Positions 22,730 through 34,886 of a stretch of 64,000 nt of DNA are shown here, in pieces. The stretch is from the NCBI GenBank assembly GCA_021432655.1, contig MU271313.1:1-64000 (forward strand). The letters run 5' to 3'. Both the position numbers and the translations under genes were made by a program. The notes beneath the pieces are model-generated. The model made no database searches and was not told the DNA's origin. It saw only the letters and a program-made list of their open reading frames with translations. The DNA comes from Atractiella rhizophila. Taxonomy: Eukaryota. Positions within the stretch are counted from its first letter, which is position 1, and each line of letters opens with the position of its first letter.

Positions 22730-25526
22730 TCAAAAAACGAAACCGAAGGTTTGGCCAAAACGCATGAAACTGCTGGGACTCCTCAAATCACCGCTATTTC
22801 CCTGCATTTCAGATGCATCAGTTGCTCCAACAGGGCTTCGAATGAATTCAGATTGCAAGATGGACGGGAAGTCTTTTAGGCTGTGTTCCATTGTGGGAGA
22901 AGATGCAGAAGTGGAGGAAGAGTCTGTAGGAGCAAAGTCAGCAGAAGTCGCTCGATCGGACGTCGAGGCAGTCGTACTATCGTTGCTGAACGTCGCACTT
23001 GGTTCCTGAGCCATTGGGCTCAATTGTAGAAAGCCGTCATTGTCTAATGTCACGAAACCGGGGTCTCCGTCCAGCGCGAATCGTCGAAAGATTCTCACAA
23101 CCGGCCCAAAGCCGTAAATGTGCTTCGAACGTGCTTCCCACTCTTTCAACATGGAGGGATCCGATAATATGACCTTTTCTTTCTCTTGAGAAAAGTGTAG
23201 CGCTAATAAATGCGCTGGATGCCTTGTGGGGAAACCTACGACGGTCGGATCGATGATAAAGCGGGCCTGGATATGGGATATGCGTTCTGTATGCAAAACC
23301 AAGATATCCCAACCGGATCAGGAAATGAGAAATAGCATCAAGATAGGAGACGAACGAAATGGGGGAAATCTTTCCCCTATCCTTGCGAGATGAGTCACGA
23401 AAAGCCTACATTGGGCCAAGGCGGCTTGAGCTCCGATGTGATCTTTACTTATCGTTTTCTTGATCCAATAATCACGAATAAACCAACCTTTGGACATTAC
23501 TTCACATCAGTGGCGGCGCAAATTCAGTCGACAGGTACATACGTCCTGCAAAAAATGCTGCCAGCGCCACGAATGGACAATTGCAAAACAATTCCTGGAG
23601 GTCTTCGTACCCAGGTCTACCGAGCACGACTAGGATCGCACTCAACGCCGTGGCGCTTGAGACGCATTTCGTGCTAAAAACAGGATAGGGTTACAATGTG
23701 TGTGAGGCTCTGATGACAAATTGAAAACGGACTAAGAGATATCATCGACTGCGTCCGTCATGAAGGAGGAATGCAGAAGGATCTAAAACATTCACGATAA
23801 GCAACGCGCGTATTGGGCGAGAGGGGATCATACCGTCGCAACGTGTGTGAGGGTATGGATCACATAGTACGTGGCCAGACTCGTCACATCTCCTTCAAAT
23901 GAGGACTGCGGAAAGGAGTTTCGAAAATCGGTAATTTGGCGTTCAAGGAGCTGGAAATATTCGGTATCCCTCGAAAATTGGGGGGGAGGTCTTTGGTGAT
24001 CTCGATGCCATCCGCAACCTACACTCATCAAATATTCCAGCACTCGAGCGATAAGAACCCAGATTTTACACTGAAGCTGGAATAATCCCACAAGCTCGGG
24101 AGGATTAGTGAGAATGAAGTTGGGGCTTGAAGGATCCATGGCCGCCAGGACTTTCTGTCGATCAGATTGATCAGCCAGCACCGGTATGGGTAGAAGCGTA
24201 GCGATGCTATCCAATCGCGTAGACGACCTCCATCCCGTTAACACAGCACTGAAGAATTCATTGATGAGAGCCACCCAAAAGCAGATAGTTTTCTCTTCCA
24301 GTTCTTCAGCGCTAAGATTATCTGTACTGCTATACCGAAACTTTTGGCCGAATCCGTTTCCATGTAAATCTGGTGCTTTAGGGTTGGGGCGGACGAGTTG
24401 GTTGAGACCCAATGCTAAGCAGAGTCGAAGGCTCAGATCAGCGGATGTATATCCAGCCAAAAAGAGCGAGGAAAGGTAGGCGTAAAGCGTCAGGAGGTTA
24501 CTGCTCTGCGCCAGTTGAAACAGTGCGTTCCGGTCAGACAATGGTCTATCCCTAAACATACACAAGGTACGTCAGAAATCAATATCAGATATATCTAATC
24601 TAAAGCAGGTTCGCGTACGCAGTGTATGTCCACGTCCCGAGTTCCGTCATAACAATGCTCCTAGCGGTGGAATAGTGATACATCGATGGTCCATCGAAAG
24701 TTCCCCAGTACCTGACTCTAGGTCCACATTGCCTGAATATTGCGTCATTCGGGTCCATATTAAAGCTTGCGATTGCAAGGATGGAGTGAAGAAGTGATTC
24801 AATGGGGTAGTCGACATGAGACGGCGGCAGGGAAAGATGATAGAGAAATTTTGCTCGCGGGAGCATAGGGGAGACCATCGGGAACTTTTCGTAAAAGCGC
24901 TCAATGAGGGACCAGACAATTGATGGATGAGGAAGGCTTGAGGGATAACCAGGGTAGAGAACGGTGAAGAAAGTGTTATTTGGGTCTGTGTCTGGGAACT
25001 GGAAGTCTGGCGCTTTCGCTTGTCCTATTGTGGACAGTGAGCACAGTAACGGTGACTCTCACGCGACAAAGGCTCTTACCTGCCACGTTCCTACCATTGA
25101 GAGAAACAGATTTTAGCTGAGACTCTAAATGGTCGATTCGTTTCTTCAAAGCTTCATTATCCACCTCCTCTGATGACTTGTAGTCCTCTGGAGATGCATC
25201 AAACGCCCCAACAGGATACGTGCAATGCTCCACCACCGCCTTGCCTTGACGAGGTCGTCGTCCCTTAGAGCAAGGAGTGCTACAAGCGACTCCTTCAGCA
25301 ACAATACAACCTTTCCAACGAACTCATCAGGGAGACCGACCAGGTGGGCTTTTTGGCATCACAGCGTATCTTTCTTGCCCTGCAACTGTAACGGCAATCA
25401 GAATAGAGCATGGACACTGGGAGAAACTCGCTTTTTACAAGCTTGGTTTCTGTGAAGTGACGGCGCAGAAAGGCGAAGAGTAGAACTCTCAATCGTTGTC
25501 TTGGAAGTTGACGGGAGAGGTTCCAT
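22730..25526 (-). CDS. Zn(II)2Cys6 transcription factor with fungal TF middle-homology region
   Basis: LHRNQACKN-CRARKIRCDAKKPTC-TPC(x15)CTY after splicing; coiled coil LKKRIDHLESQL; EELEEKTICFWVALINE. Confidence 0.88.
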
Positions 25527-26242
25527 GCTGGAGAAAGCTCGATCCTCTGAGGTGTTCAAGCGCGTATAAATCGATTCCTTAGACCGATGAAAGCGGGAGT
25601 TTCGGTTAATCGGCGGACCTCACTTTACTGCAGAGAGGCTGTTGGTTGTCGAAACCGCGCACTTTCTACAAGTTTCCGAGCGCTATATGGGCAGCAAGGT
25701 GTGGTTTGTACTGCTTTGACCTAGAGTTCTGTAAGCCAAAACCATTGAATTAAAAGAGGAAAACTTGTGGCTCCACAGTAGGCCACAACGGTAGTTACGG
25801 CAAACAGCGTCTCGTGCTCTCGCTGTTGATTCTCTTTATTGAAAGAAAGCGAGCTGGAAACTAGGAGCCACATTTTGCAAAGGACACGGCTGGCAACACT
25901 CACTGTTTATTTACGTCCCTCCAAGGGCACACCTTCAACACAGCAGTCGGGTCCCGAAATCGATGCCAATGTGCAAGAAATCCGGAATGTAACGTTGAAA
26001 CGAGTTCAAGTGGCCACAGATGGACCAATCTCAAGAGTAGAATCGTGCAAATGTGTCGATTGGAGCCTAAGAATTACTGTAGAAAAGGACTTAGGATGTG
26101 TGATGTGTGTTTTCGGCACGAGCGCTCCAAAACAGGAAGTTGAATTGGAAATAGGCAAACTACGGCAAACCGCCCAATGACATGACAGGAAATTTCAACT
26201 ATCCAACGACGAGACCAACTCTAGCATCTGTTAAGCACGAGT

Positions 26243-29200
26243 ATGGCACCTCCCTCTCCCTCTAAAGGGCTCGATATTCCCATTCGCTCAGGCTCAGGCT
26301 CAGATTCACGTCGTCCCTCCAATGCCTTATCAGGGTCTCCTCTGTCTTCCTCTCCCTTCACCAACTTCCTCCAGACGACCACTCCTAATTACCGAACATT
26401 GGATTCCGAGCAGATTGCGGCCCTTCGTGCTCAGTACGAAACTCCGAATGTGCAGCAGATCCCGCGCTCCACGAGCATAAGTCGGCCAGGGTCAGCGACT
26501 CCGGGAACTCCTGCCAACATAGGAGCAGTAGCTGCCGCGCTTGGGAGGGATGCTAGAGACCTGCCAACTAGCATCGAGGAGCTTACGGATGCGCAGAAAG
26601 CAAAGATTGTCAAACTACATTTACCGAATTTAGAGGTGGACGAAGAAGTTGTGGCGGAAGGAGACAGTGGCGTTCAGGCTGGTGCTAACAGCGCTGACCC
26701 CGGAGCGAGTTCAGTAAGTCCTTTCTTTCTACCCGTTATTGTCCGGAGTGGAATACGGAATCGGATTCGTTTCTTCAGCTGATCAGTACCTTTGACTCCA
26801 TTTCAAATCTGCCCGGAGTAGCAAACTACTTAGCTGCTTTTGCTTCAGTGTTGGGATTTGTTATCGTTAAGATGCGTTTTGATGTATGACGCCTGTAACT
26901 TGCAATGAAGTTTGCAGTTGGATAGTTCGATTTGCAGCCTAGTTCCCAATGCAGCTCCGATAGCCCGTCAGAAGGAACTTGACTGGCTTAAGACTTAATG
27001 GTTTCCCCTCCAAATTCGTCTTCGATTAGAGTAATAGACTCTCACATTGTCACTTTATAGATATCTCAAACAAACTATTCGCTCCAAGGCTACGATACTA
27101 CGCAACCTCTGTACAAATGGGCTTCATCCGCAACGCAAGGTGTGCGTTCCCGATCAGCCTCCTTCCACTCCACATCTCGCAACCCCAATCAAGATCCCCT
27201 GCTGGACATCCAAGCGCTTCGTCAGCCACAAGGTTTTCGACGCAACTTTGTCACGCAGCGACAACGAATCGAAGGACGGGAAGGGGACGCCACATCGACG
27301 ACGCGGAGCTTTGTAGACTTTCTGAGTCTCTACGGCCATTTCGGAGGGGAAGATTTAGAGGAGATCGAGGAGGAGAGCGAGGAGGATCTGGAGGCGGCTG
27401 AGGACGAAGTGGAGGAGGTGGAAGAGCCCACGGAGAGGACGAGCTTGTTGAGAAGGAGTGAGAGCAAGTTTTCCACCAAGAGGAGGAGAAGATCAGCCAG
27501 TCTCTCGAAGCATCAGGGAGATGCAACCGTCGCACAGGCGGTGCTGATGTTGTTGAAGAGCTTCATCGGGACTGGTGTCCTGTTTTTGGGCAAAGCGTAG
27601 GTTATTCCTCGTGGGTGGATCGTGACTGAAAAAAGGTGCGATCAGGTTCTATAATGGTGGAATGCTTTTTTCAGCTTTGATGATTGTTTTCATCGCGATG
27701 ATATCTTTATATTCTTTCCTTCTTCTAGTAAAGACGCGTACTATAGTTCCGGGCTCCTTTGGCGGTAAGTAACTCGTGCACTCCAAACAAACTAGCACTT
27801 ATTAGAGAATGATGACAGAGATTGGAGGAGTATTGTACGGTCCTTGGCTCCGATTCGCGATCCTCTTCAGCATCGTTCTCTCCCAAATCGGATTTGTCTG
27901 CGCCTACCTTATCTTTGTCTCTGAGAACCTTCAGGCATTTTTCCTTGCAGTCACAGATCGCAAGCTCTTCATACCGATCGTGTATCTCATCTTTGGACAA
28001 CTTATCGTCTTCCTTCCCCTTGCAATGATCAGGAATATCCAGAAACTGTCAGGAACGGCACTAGTCGCTGACGCTTTCATTCTTGTGGGGCTGGTCTATC
28101 TATTCGGTACGCGGTGACCCTGCTCTCTGAAAAGAAGAATGCTCAACAATGCGTTTAGGAAACGAAATTAAGGTCATTGTCGACCGTGGTATTGCCCCGG
28201 TCAAGGCGTTCAATCCTGTCGACTGGAATCTCTTAGTCGGAACAGCCATCTTCTCTTTTGAGGGTATTGGACTGGTGTGCCATACTACTCCCTGCTATGT
28301 GCATCCGCTTACAGTTTTCACAGGTCATCCCGATCACAGAGAGTATGAAACAACCCGAAAAGTTCCCGCGAGCATTGAGCGGTGTCATGGTCTTCCTCAT
28401 GGTTCTGTTCGGCGGCGCTGGGGCTTTGGCTTACGCTGCGTATGGTGACGAAAGTCAGTCTCGTTGCCTCGTCTTCCAGGATGCTGTATTAAGGAAAAGC
28501 TTAGTTAAACCGGTCATATTCCTCAACCTGCCTCAGGACGATAAGCTTGTGAATGCGTCACAGTTTCTTTATTCTCTCGCTATCATGGTACGTTGGCCAT
28601 TCCACGCATGACAAACGATAACTGACATAGTATTCTAGCTTTCTGCTCCATTACAAGTGCGTTGACCCTTCGAGCATTTCTCTGTCAGCCAAGTAATGTC
28701 TTTCCAGCTGTTCCCCGCTGTCCGAATCATGGAAAATGGCCTCTTCAGCAAGAGTGGCAAATAGTGAGTAGTTATGCGCTTCAGAACTCGTCCTGAGAAC
28801 TTGCTTGCAGCTCCAATATGGTGAAATGGGAGAAAAACATTTTCCGCACAGGAGTCGTGGTCGGATGCGCTTTGATCTCTTGGATCGGATCCCAAGAGTA
28901 AGCACCTCTTGCCTTGCTCTGCCCCTTGGAAGAGACTAAATATGTTGCGAACAGCTTGGATAAATTCGTCTCGTGAGTCGGCGTCACATGTCTGGCGTCT
29001 TTGCTGACTATGAATCCAAACAAGCCTGATTGGAAGCTTCGCTTGGTGAGTCTTTCGGAAGGTTGGCATCAGCTAGAACTAATGGTTTAACAGTGTCCCT
29101 CTATGTTTCTGTTACCCGGCTTTATTACACTACAAAGCGAGGGCAGAGACACGCACACAGAAAGCTGCAGATATCGCACTCTTTATTTTCGGGCTCGTTG

Positions 29201-29250
29201 CATGCTGCTACACGACCTTCAATACAGTCGATCAATGGATAAAAAAGTGA
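26243..29250 (+). CDS. Vacuolar amino-acid transporter (Aa_trans, AVT3/AVT4-like), many micro-exons
   Basis: SFVDFLSLYGHFGGEDL, AVLMLLKSFIGTGVLFLGKAFYNGG, GTAIFSFEGIGLVIPITESM, LSAPLQLFPAVRIME, LDKFVSLIGSFACVPL. Confidence 0.9.
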
Positions 29251-29656
29251 TGGGCGTTGCGTTGGTAAATTCCTGTAAGGCAATAGTTTGTTAGAAATAA
29301 TAGGCTATATAGAGACAACAATGGATTTTGTTTCTTCATGCGACCTTTTCTTGTGTGACTTGCCTGCGCCGCGTCCTTGCAGCACCGAATGCACTTTGGT
29401 GATAAGTTAATGGAACGACTGAAGAATCAAAGACATGGAATACTGCCTGGAATACTGCCAGTGAGCTTCTGCATGAGCAGCCAGGTGCCCACTTCGGCAC
29501 GGGCGTTTTGCGAATTCTCAACATAAAAAGCCGATATTATGCCTTCGAGGTTTAAAGTCGCCATTCCAAGATGTCCAACTGTCCCTGCCACTATCCCAGT
29601 GATACTGAGAACAGATCATCACACTCGAAGCGTTCCAAACAATCAACACTGCAAGG

Positions 29657-32600
29657 ATGGTCAAAATTTCTGATGGAATGTGGAGGTTAAGAGAGGGCGT
29701 CAAGGTGGGATGGTTAGTGCCTCAATCGGTTCCCTTGCTTTGATCTAGTTTGATCTGACAAAGGTGGTGGTATGGACAGGGCAACAGAGGTTCAGGAGCT
29801 AGTGGAGAATGATACCGGAGCCCACATTGTAGCAGCTACAACACACATTCGACACAGAGGTCGGTTCACAACTAATACGTGCATTTGACGTTGGGATCCT
29901 TACACGTTCGTGTTCAGGGGATACCCTTCAAGGACCAACACTTGATATCGACATTGATTCTCCTTGTGATGGCCAGCTTTCCCCTTCTGAATCATGTATT
30001 TGCCTGACAACCTTCACAGATATTGTGAGAGTGAAGCTGACACATTTCTCCGGCCTCAAACCGCGCACTCCTACCTTTGCCTTGTTCCCTGATGAATCTT
30101 CGCCTCCCAAACCCAACGTGAAGCTGGAGAAGACCGAAGAGAGTTTTACGATCACTTCTGGGACGTTAAGCGCGAGAGTTTCCACCAAGCCGTCTAAATG
30201 GGGAATCACTTTTATAGACAAGGACAGCGGAGAGGTATGTCTACTTTGCTGTGATCATGAACGAACTGTAACATCTGCCACAGCAATTAACAGCCGCTGA
30301 GTTCCGATCTCAAGGTGTGGCAGATGTTCCGACGAAGTGGACTCTCGATTCAGCTTCCGAGGGGTCGTGCATCACAACTGACTTTTCATCGTTCCCATTC
30401 CCTGAAGAAACGCTTCCATTCAAGCGATATATTGTCTCGCAGCTCAGTCTAGGAGTGGGCGAACTTATATATGGAATGGGTGAAAGATTTGGTCCTTTTA
30501 TCAGGAATGGAAGCTCCACGTCAATCTGGAATCAAGATGGCGGAAGTGAGTTGCTACTCATCAGTATTTTCTGAAAGTACTCATTCTGTTCAGCTTCATC
30601 CGAGCAGGCTTACAAGAACGTCTCCTTCTACATGTCAAACAGAGGACATGGTGTTTTTGTTAATCACCCTGGAGAAGTAGAGTTCTCTGTCTCCAACGAG
30701 AAAGCCTGTGGGTACTTCGCCTCTGTCTTACCGCTATCTGACCCTCTCAAAGCTAGAGTGATCACAACAGTCGAAGGTACTGATTGCTTCAGTAGAGTCT
30801 ACGATCTTCCTGATTGTTGAATAGGCGAAAGCCTAGAATACTTCATCATCAAAGGCACTCCGAAAGAGGTTAGTATGAGTCTAGTCACCGCCGCTGTTTT
30901 AATCAGCCAGACAGGTCTTGAGCAAATATACCTTGCTCACTGGACGTCCCCCTCTCCTCCCAGCTTGGAGTTACGGTCTCTGGCTGACTACTTCTTTCAC
31001 GACCTCGTACGATGAGGAAACTGTCACAAAATTTTTGACCGGGATGAAAGAACGAAACCTCCCTCTCTCTGTCTTCCATCTCGGTTCGTTCTTGACAATT
31101 TTCATAACAAAACTGAATGTGACGCTCGCTATAGATTGTTTCTGGATGCGAACTTTCAAGGTGAGGCGACTCTCCACGCTCTCTGTGCCAGGATAGTGAA
31201 AAAGGATAGTGGTGCGACTTCGTCTTCGATCCAGTCTGTTTTCCGGACCCAAAGAAGTTCCTTACAAACATCAAAACAAAATTTGGTGTCAAAGTTTGCC
31301 TTTGGATTAACCCTTACGTCGGCCAGTCTTCCGTCATGTTCAAAGAAGGGTTTGAGGGCGATTACTTCATCAAACGAAGAAATGGCGACGTGTATCAAAT
31401 CGATCTCTGGCAACCAGGACTCGGTCCGTCTACAATTTATTATCTAAGACTCGGGTACTGACTTAACATGAAAAGCCATCGTGGATTTCACAAATCCTGC
31501 CGCATGTAAATGGTACAGCGAGAAGCTCGAGAAACTGATGGAAATTGGGGCGGATTCGTTCAAAACTGACTTCGCAGAAAGGATTCCTCACAAGGGCGTT
31601 GTATATCACGATGGGTCAGATCCCGTGCGCATGCACAACTATTACGCTTATGTATGCGGCTATTCCTACACTGCGATCCGTGCTGATATTTGCCCAGCAA
31701 TACAACCAAGTTGTGTTCAATACCATCAAGAAAGTTAGAGGGGAAGGCGAAGCTTTAGTATTCGCTAGAAGTGGATGTGCAGGATCTCAAAGGCGAGCAG
31801 CTTTCGCTTGTTCAAAATGTGACTTTTGACCTTTCCATAGGCTTCCTGTACCTTGGGGCGGAGGTAAAATTGTGATTTCTGTCTCAATCGTTCTCCTAAA
31901 TTCTTGTTCATTTAGATTGCGAATCGCACTTCCCTGCCATGGCTGAATCGCTGAGGGGAGGTCTAAGTTTGGCGCTGTCCGGTTTCTCTTACTGGTCGCA
32001 TGACATTGGTGGTTTCGAGGCGAGTATACAATCTATTCTTCTGGATGCACCGTCAACCTTGCAGTAGGGGCTGCCTGATGAAGCTCTTTTCAAACGATGG
32101 CTGCAGTTTGGACTCCTGTCTAGTCATTCACGGCTGCATGGTGTGTTTTCACTGCGGTTTCCAATAGTATTCTTATTGCTGTTATGCAGGTTCGAGCAGC
32201 TATCGTGTACCTTGGTTGTACGGCGAAGAAGCATGCGACGTCGCGCGCAAGTTTACAGTTTTGAAGGCTCGCCTTATGCCTTATTTCTACGCTAAAGTAA
32301 GTTACGTTTTTGTTTTGAGTCTCCTCAGCTAAGCGTTTACTAGTCCATCGAAGCTCATGAGACTGGAGTTCCCATCATGCGACCAATGCTTCTAGAATTC
32401 CCTGACTGCCTGATCAGCGAAAAACTGGATCGACAATACATGCTTGTCAGTCTTCAGTGCTTTAATGTTATCGAAGTCTCAACGGTGTGCATAGGGAGAA
32501 TCTTTACTCGTTGCTCCTGTCTTCCATGAGAAGAAGGTGTCGTTCTATGTTCCCGAAGGAGTCTGGACATCACTTCTAGACGACAGGGTCTACGTTGGCG

Positions 32601-32950
32601 GCAAATACTACACAGAAGAACATGATTTCCTTTCTCTGCCGCTCCTCGTCAGACAAGGAACCGTTCTAGTGATTGGAAAATCTGCCACTTTGCCTGACAA
32701 CTGGGACTGGACTGAAGACGTCGAGCTGAGGATTTATGGTCTTGAAGACGGGGAGAAGACAGTGACTATTCCGAGGAAGGACGGAAAGGGGGTTGATGCT
32801 CAAGCAGTGGTGGTCAAAAAGGGCAAGGATGTCAAGGTTCAGGTCACGGAGGGTAGTCTGAAGGCTTGGGACATAGTTTATTACGCCCAGGGTGCCTCTC
32901 CGATTCGGGTACAAGGAGGAAACAATGAGACGAGCTTGCAATTGGAGTAA
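29657..32950 (+). CDS. GH31 glycoside hydrolase, YicI-like alpha-xylosidase, no signal peptide
   Basis: [58 protein letters not shown] (nucleophile motif), [22 protein letters not shown]. Confidence 0.92.
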
Positions 32951-33043
32951 AAGGAATCACAACACAATAAGTTTGTATTGAACTACCAAATTTCTGTTAC
33001 AAATGAACTGAAAGAAACCCAAAATTCCAGACCTTAGATTAGA

Positions 33044-34190
33044 TTACTGTCGCCCGAAATCAAAGCTTTGAATAACCAAACTGATATTCGCGTCTATGCA
33101 AATTGATCTCAGGTATGTGGTATCCCTTGCCGGATTCAAGCATAATATCTTTAGACCCTTCAAGGGCCTCCGTTCCTTGCCACATGTCCGAACCCATTCT
33201 TCCAAATCTTCAAAGGGAAACCGCGGCTGCAGTCCTCCATAATCATCAAATACGAGATTCTTCAATCCCTTCGGGATCTGCCCAAACACAGCGCCTGTGA
33301 AGACGCCATCTCCAATATGCAAAGTGTTAAGGCGTCGTAATCCTGGTTGAGACATGACCAAATCCACGAATGGTTCAGCTCTCCAGGAACCACGCGAAAC
33401 TTCGATGAACAGTTCGAGGAGGCAATCAAAATCGACTTCCAACGCTTGTTGGAGGAATATACCTGTTCCTTGCGCTCCAGAAACGTGAGAGAATCGAAGA
33501 GTCCGCAGAGTGGATTTGCAGCTTCGCACTATCTTTGAGATGACGGGAGACGGGCCTGGGATACGCAGAGAGAGGCGAGTTAGCCCACTCGACGGAAACT
33601 GGTGTGATAGGACAAGAGAAGGTGGCAGGGTTTCCAGACTGAAGACGGAGCATTGAAGTTTGAGCAGAGGTGGTCGAAGCATGAAGAGTCGGTCAAGATT
33701 TTCGAGCGTCCTGGCGTCTGTGAGCGTGAGGCTGGTTACGTTGCTCCGCTTTGTACTCGATGTTTCAAACCTTCGCTCCTTCTCCAGCCATTCCACGACA
33801 TGGGTAGCCAAACATCCGTACTGCTCTACAAGCAGCGGCCGTTGCCTCGCTGATACCTCCGAAAGGTTTGGGCAGAGATGAAGAAGTTCTTTTCTTGAAG
33901 CAAAGTCGATGTCATTATTATGCCAGTCCAGTTCAAGGATCCTAACGTGTCCCCCAAATCTCGATGATTTCGCAGAGTTCGCAGTAGTTTGTCCACATCC
34001 AATTGTTCCAACCAACCTACTCGACTGGGTTTTCTATTTACGGAGAGTTTCCGGTATATGATTGGGGTGAAAGAAATGTAGAAGTATCGGCAGACGGCTA
34101 TGAGGGAGAAGAGGCAGGTGGCATCCACAAGTGAGGCAATCTGCTCGAGAACTTCGTAGGGGACACGTTCTGCCAAAGAAACTGAGGCGT
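33044..34190 (-). pseudogene. F-box/LRR-like protein with a 1-nt frameshift (pseudogene or homopolymer sequencing error)
   Basis: F-box-like VPYEVLEQIAS..LFSLIAVCRYFY..IIYR in one frame; the LRR-like body continues in another frame from the G5 run at 33951-33955; first exon unresolved. Confidence 0.6.
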
Positions 34191-34886
34191 GGGTCAAGTT
34201 GCTTCATTAAAAAGGTGAATCTAAAAGAGCAATAATTGACAAACCGTGCCGTTCTTACAGCAGGAGTTGAATGGTTAGGAACTTCTCCCTTGAAAGAGAT
34301 AAACGAGACGTACCATGCAAGGCCTTGCTTGCGAAGCGTCTAGACAGCCCTCGAAGTGTCTCCGATAGGATGGATAGAGGAGATGGAGTGTCCATTTACA
34401 ATCTTGCACTAGAACCTTACCGTTTATTTGGGTTTGGCCAAAGCTTTTGCACAGCAAACCTAATCAGTCTCCGGGGTTTCGGTTCGGATAATGAAGCATA
34501 AACCAAATTAGATTGTGAGGACTGTATCTTTTTCTGGGTGCGTTTTCGTTACAGCTACACTACTGCAGACTCATGTACTGAAATGATGAAGGAGACAGCT
34601 CCCGAACACGCACGAAGAGATAGTGATCTGTATTAGGGGATCTGACTAAAAAGCTGGTATCCAAACAGCAGGACGATGAGAAAAAGAATATTTGTGTGGG
34701 GTGGAGTGACGAAACGTCTGACGAAGCGTTCAACAGGCACGCAAGATTCTCAGGCATCATTACTCTGACTCAAGAATACTGTAGAACTCAAAACATCGAG
34801 ACCAAAAGCCACCAAACGAGAGTCGAAAATTGTCCCAAACACAACCACACCGAGGTACGTATAAACAGGACAACAAAAACCGTTCA

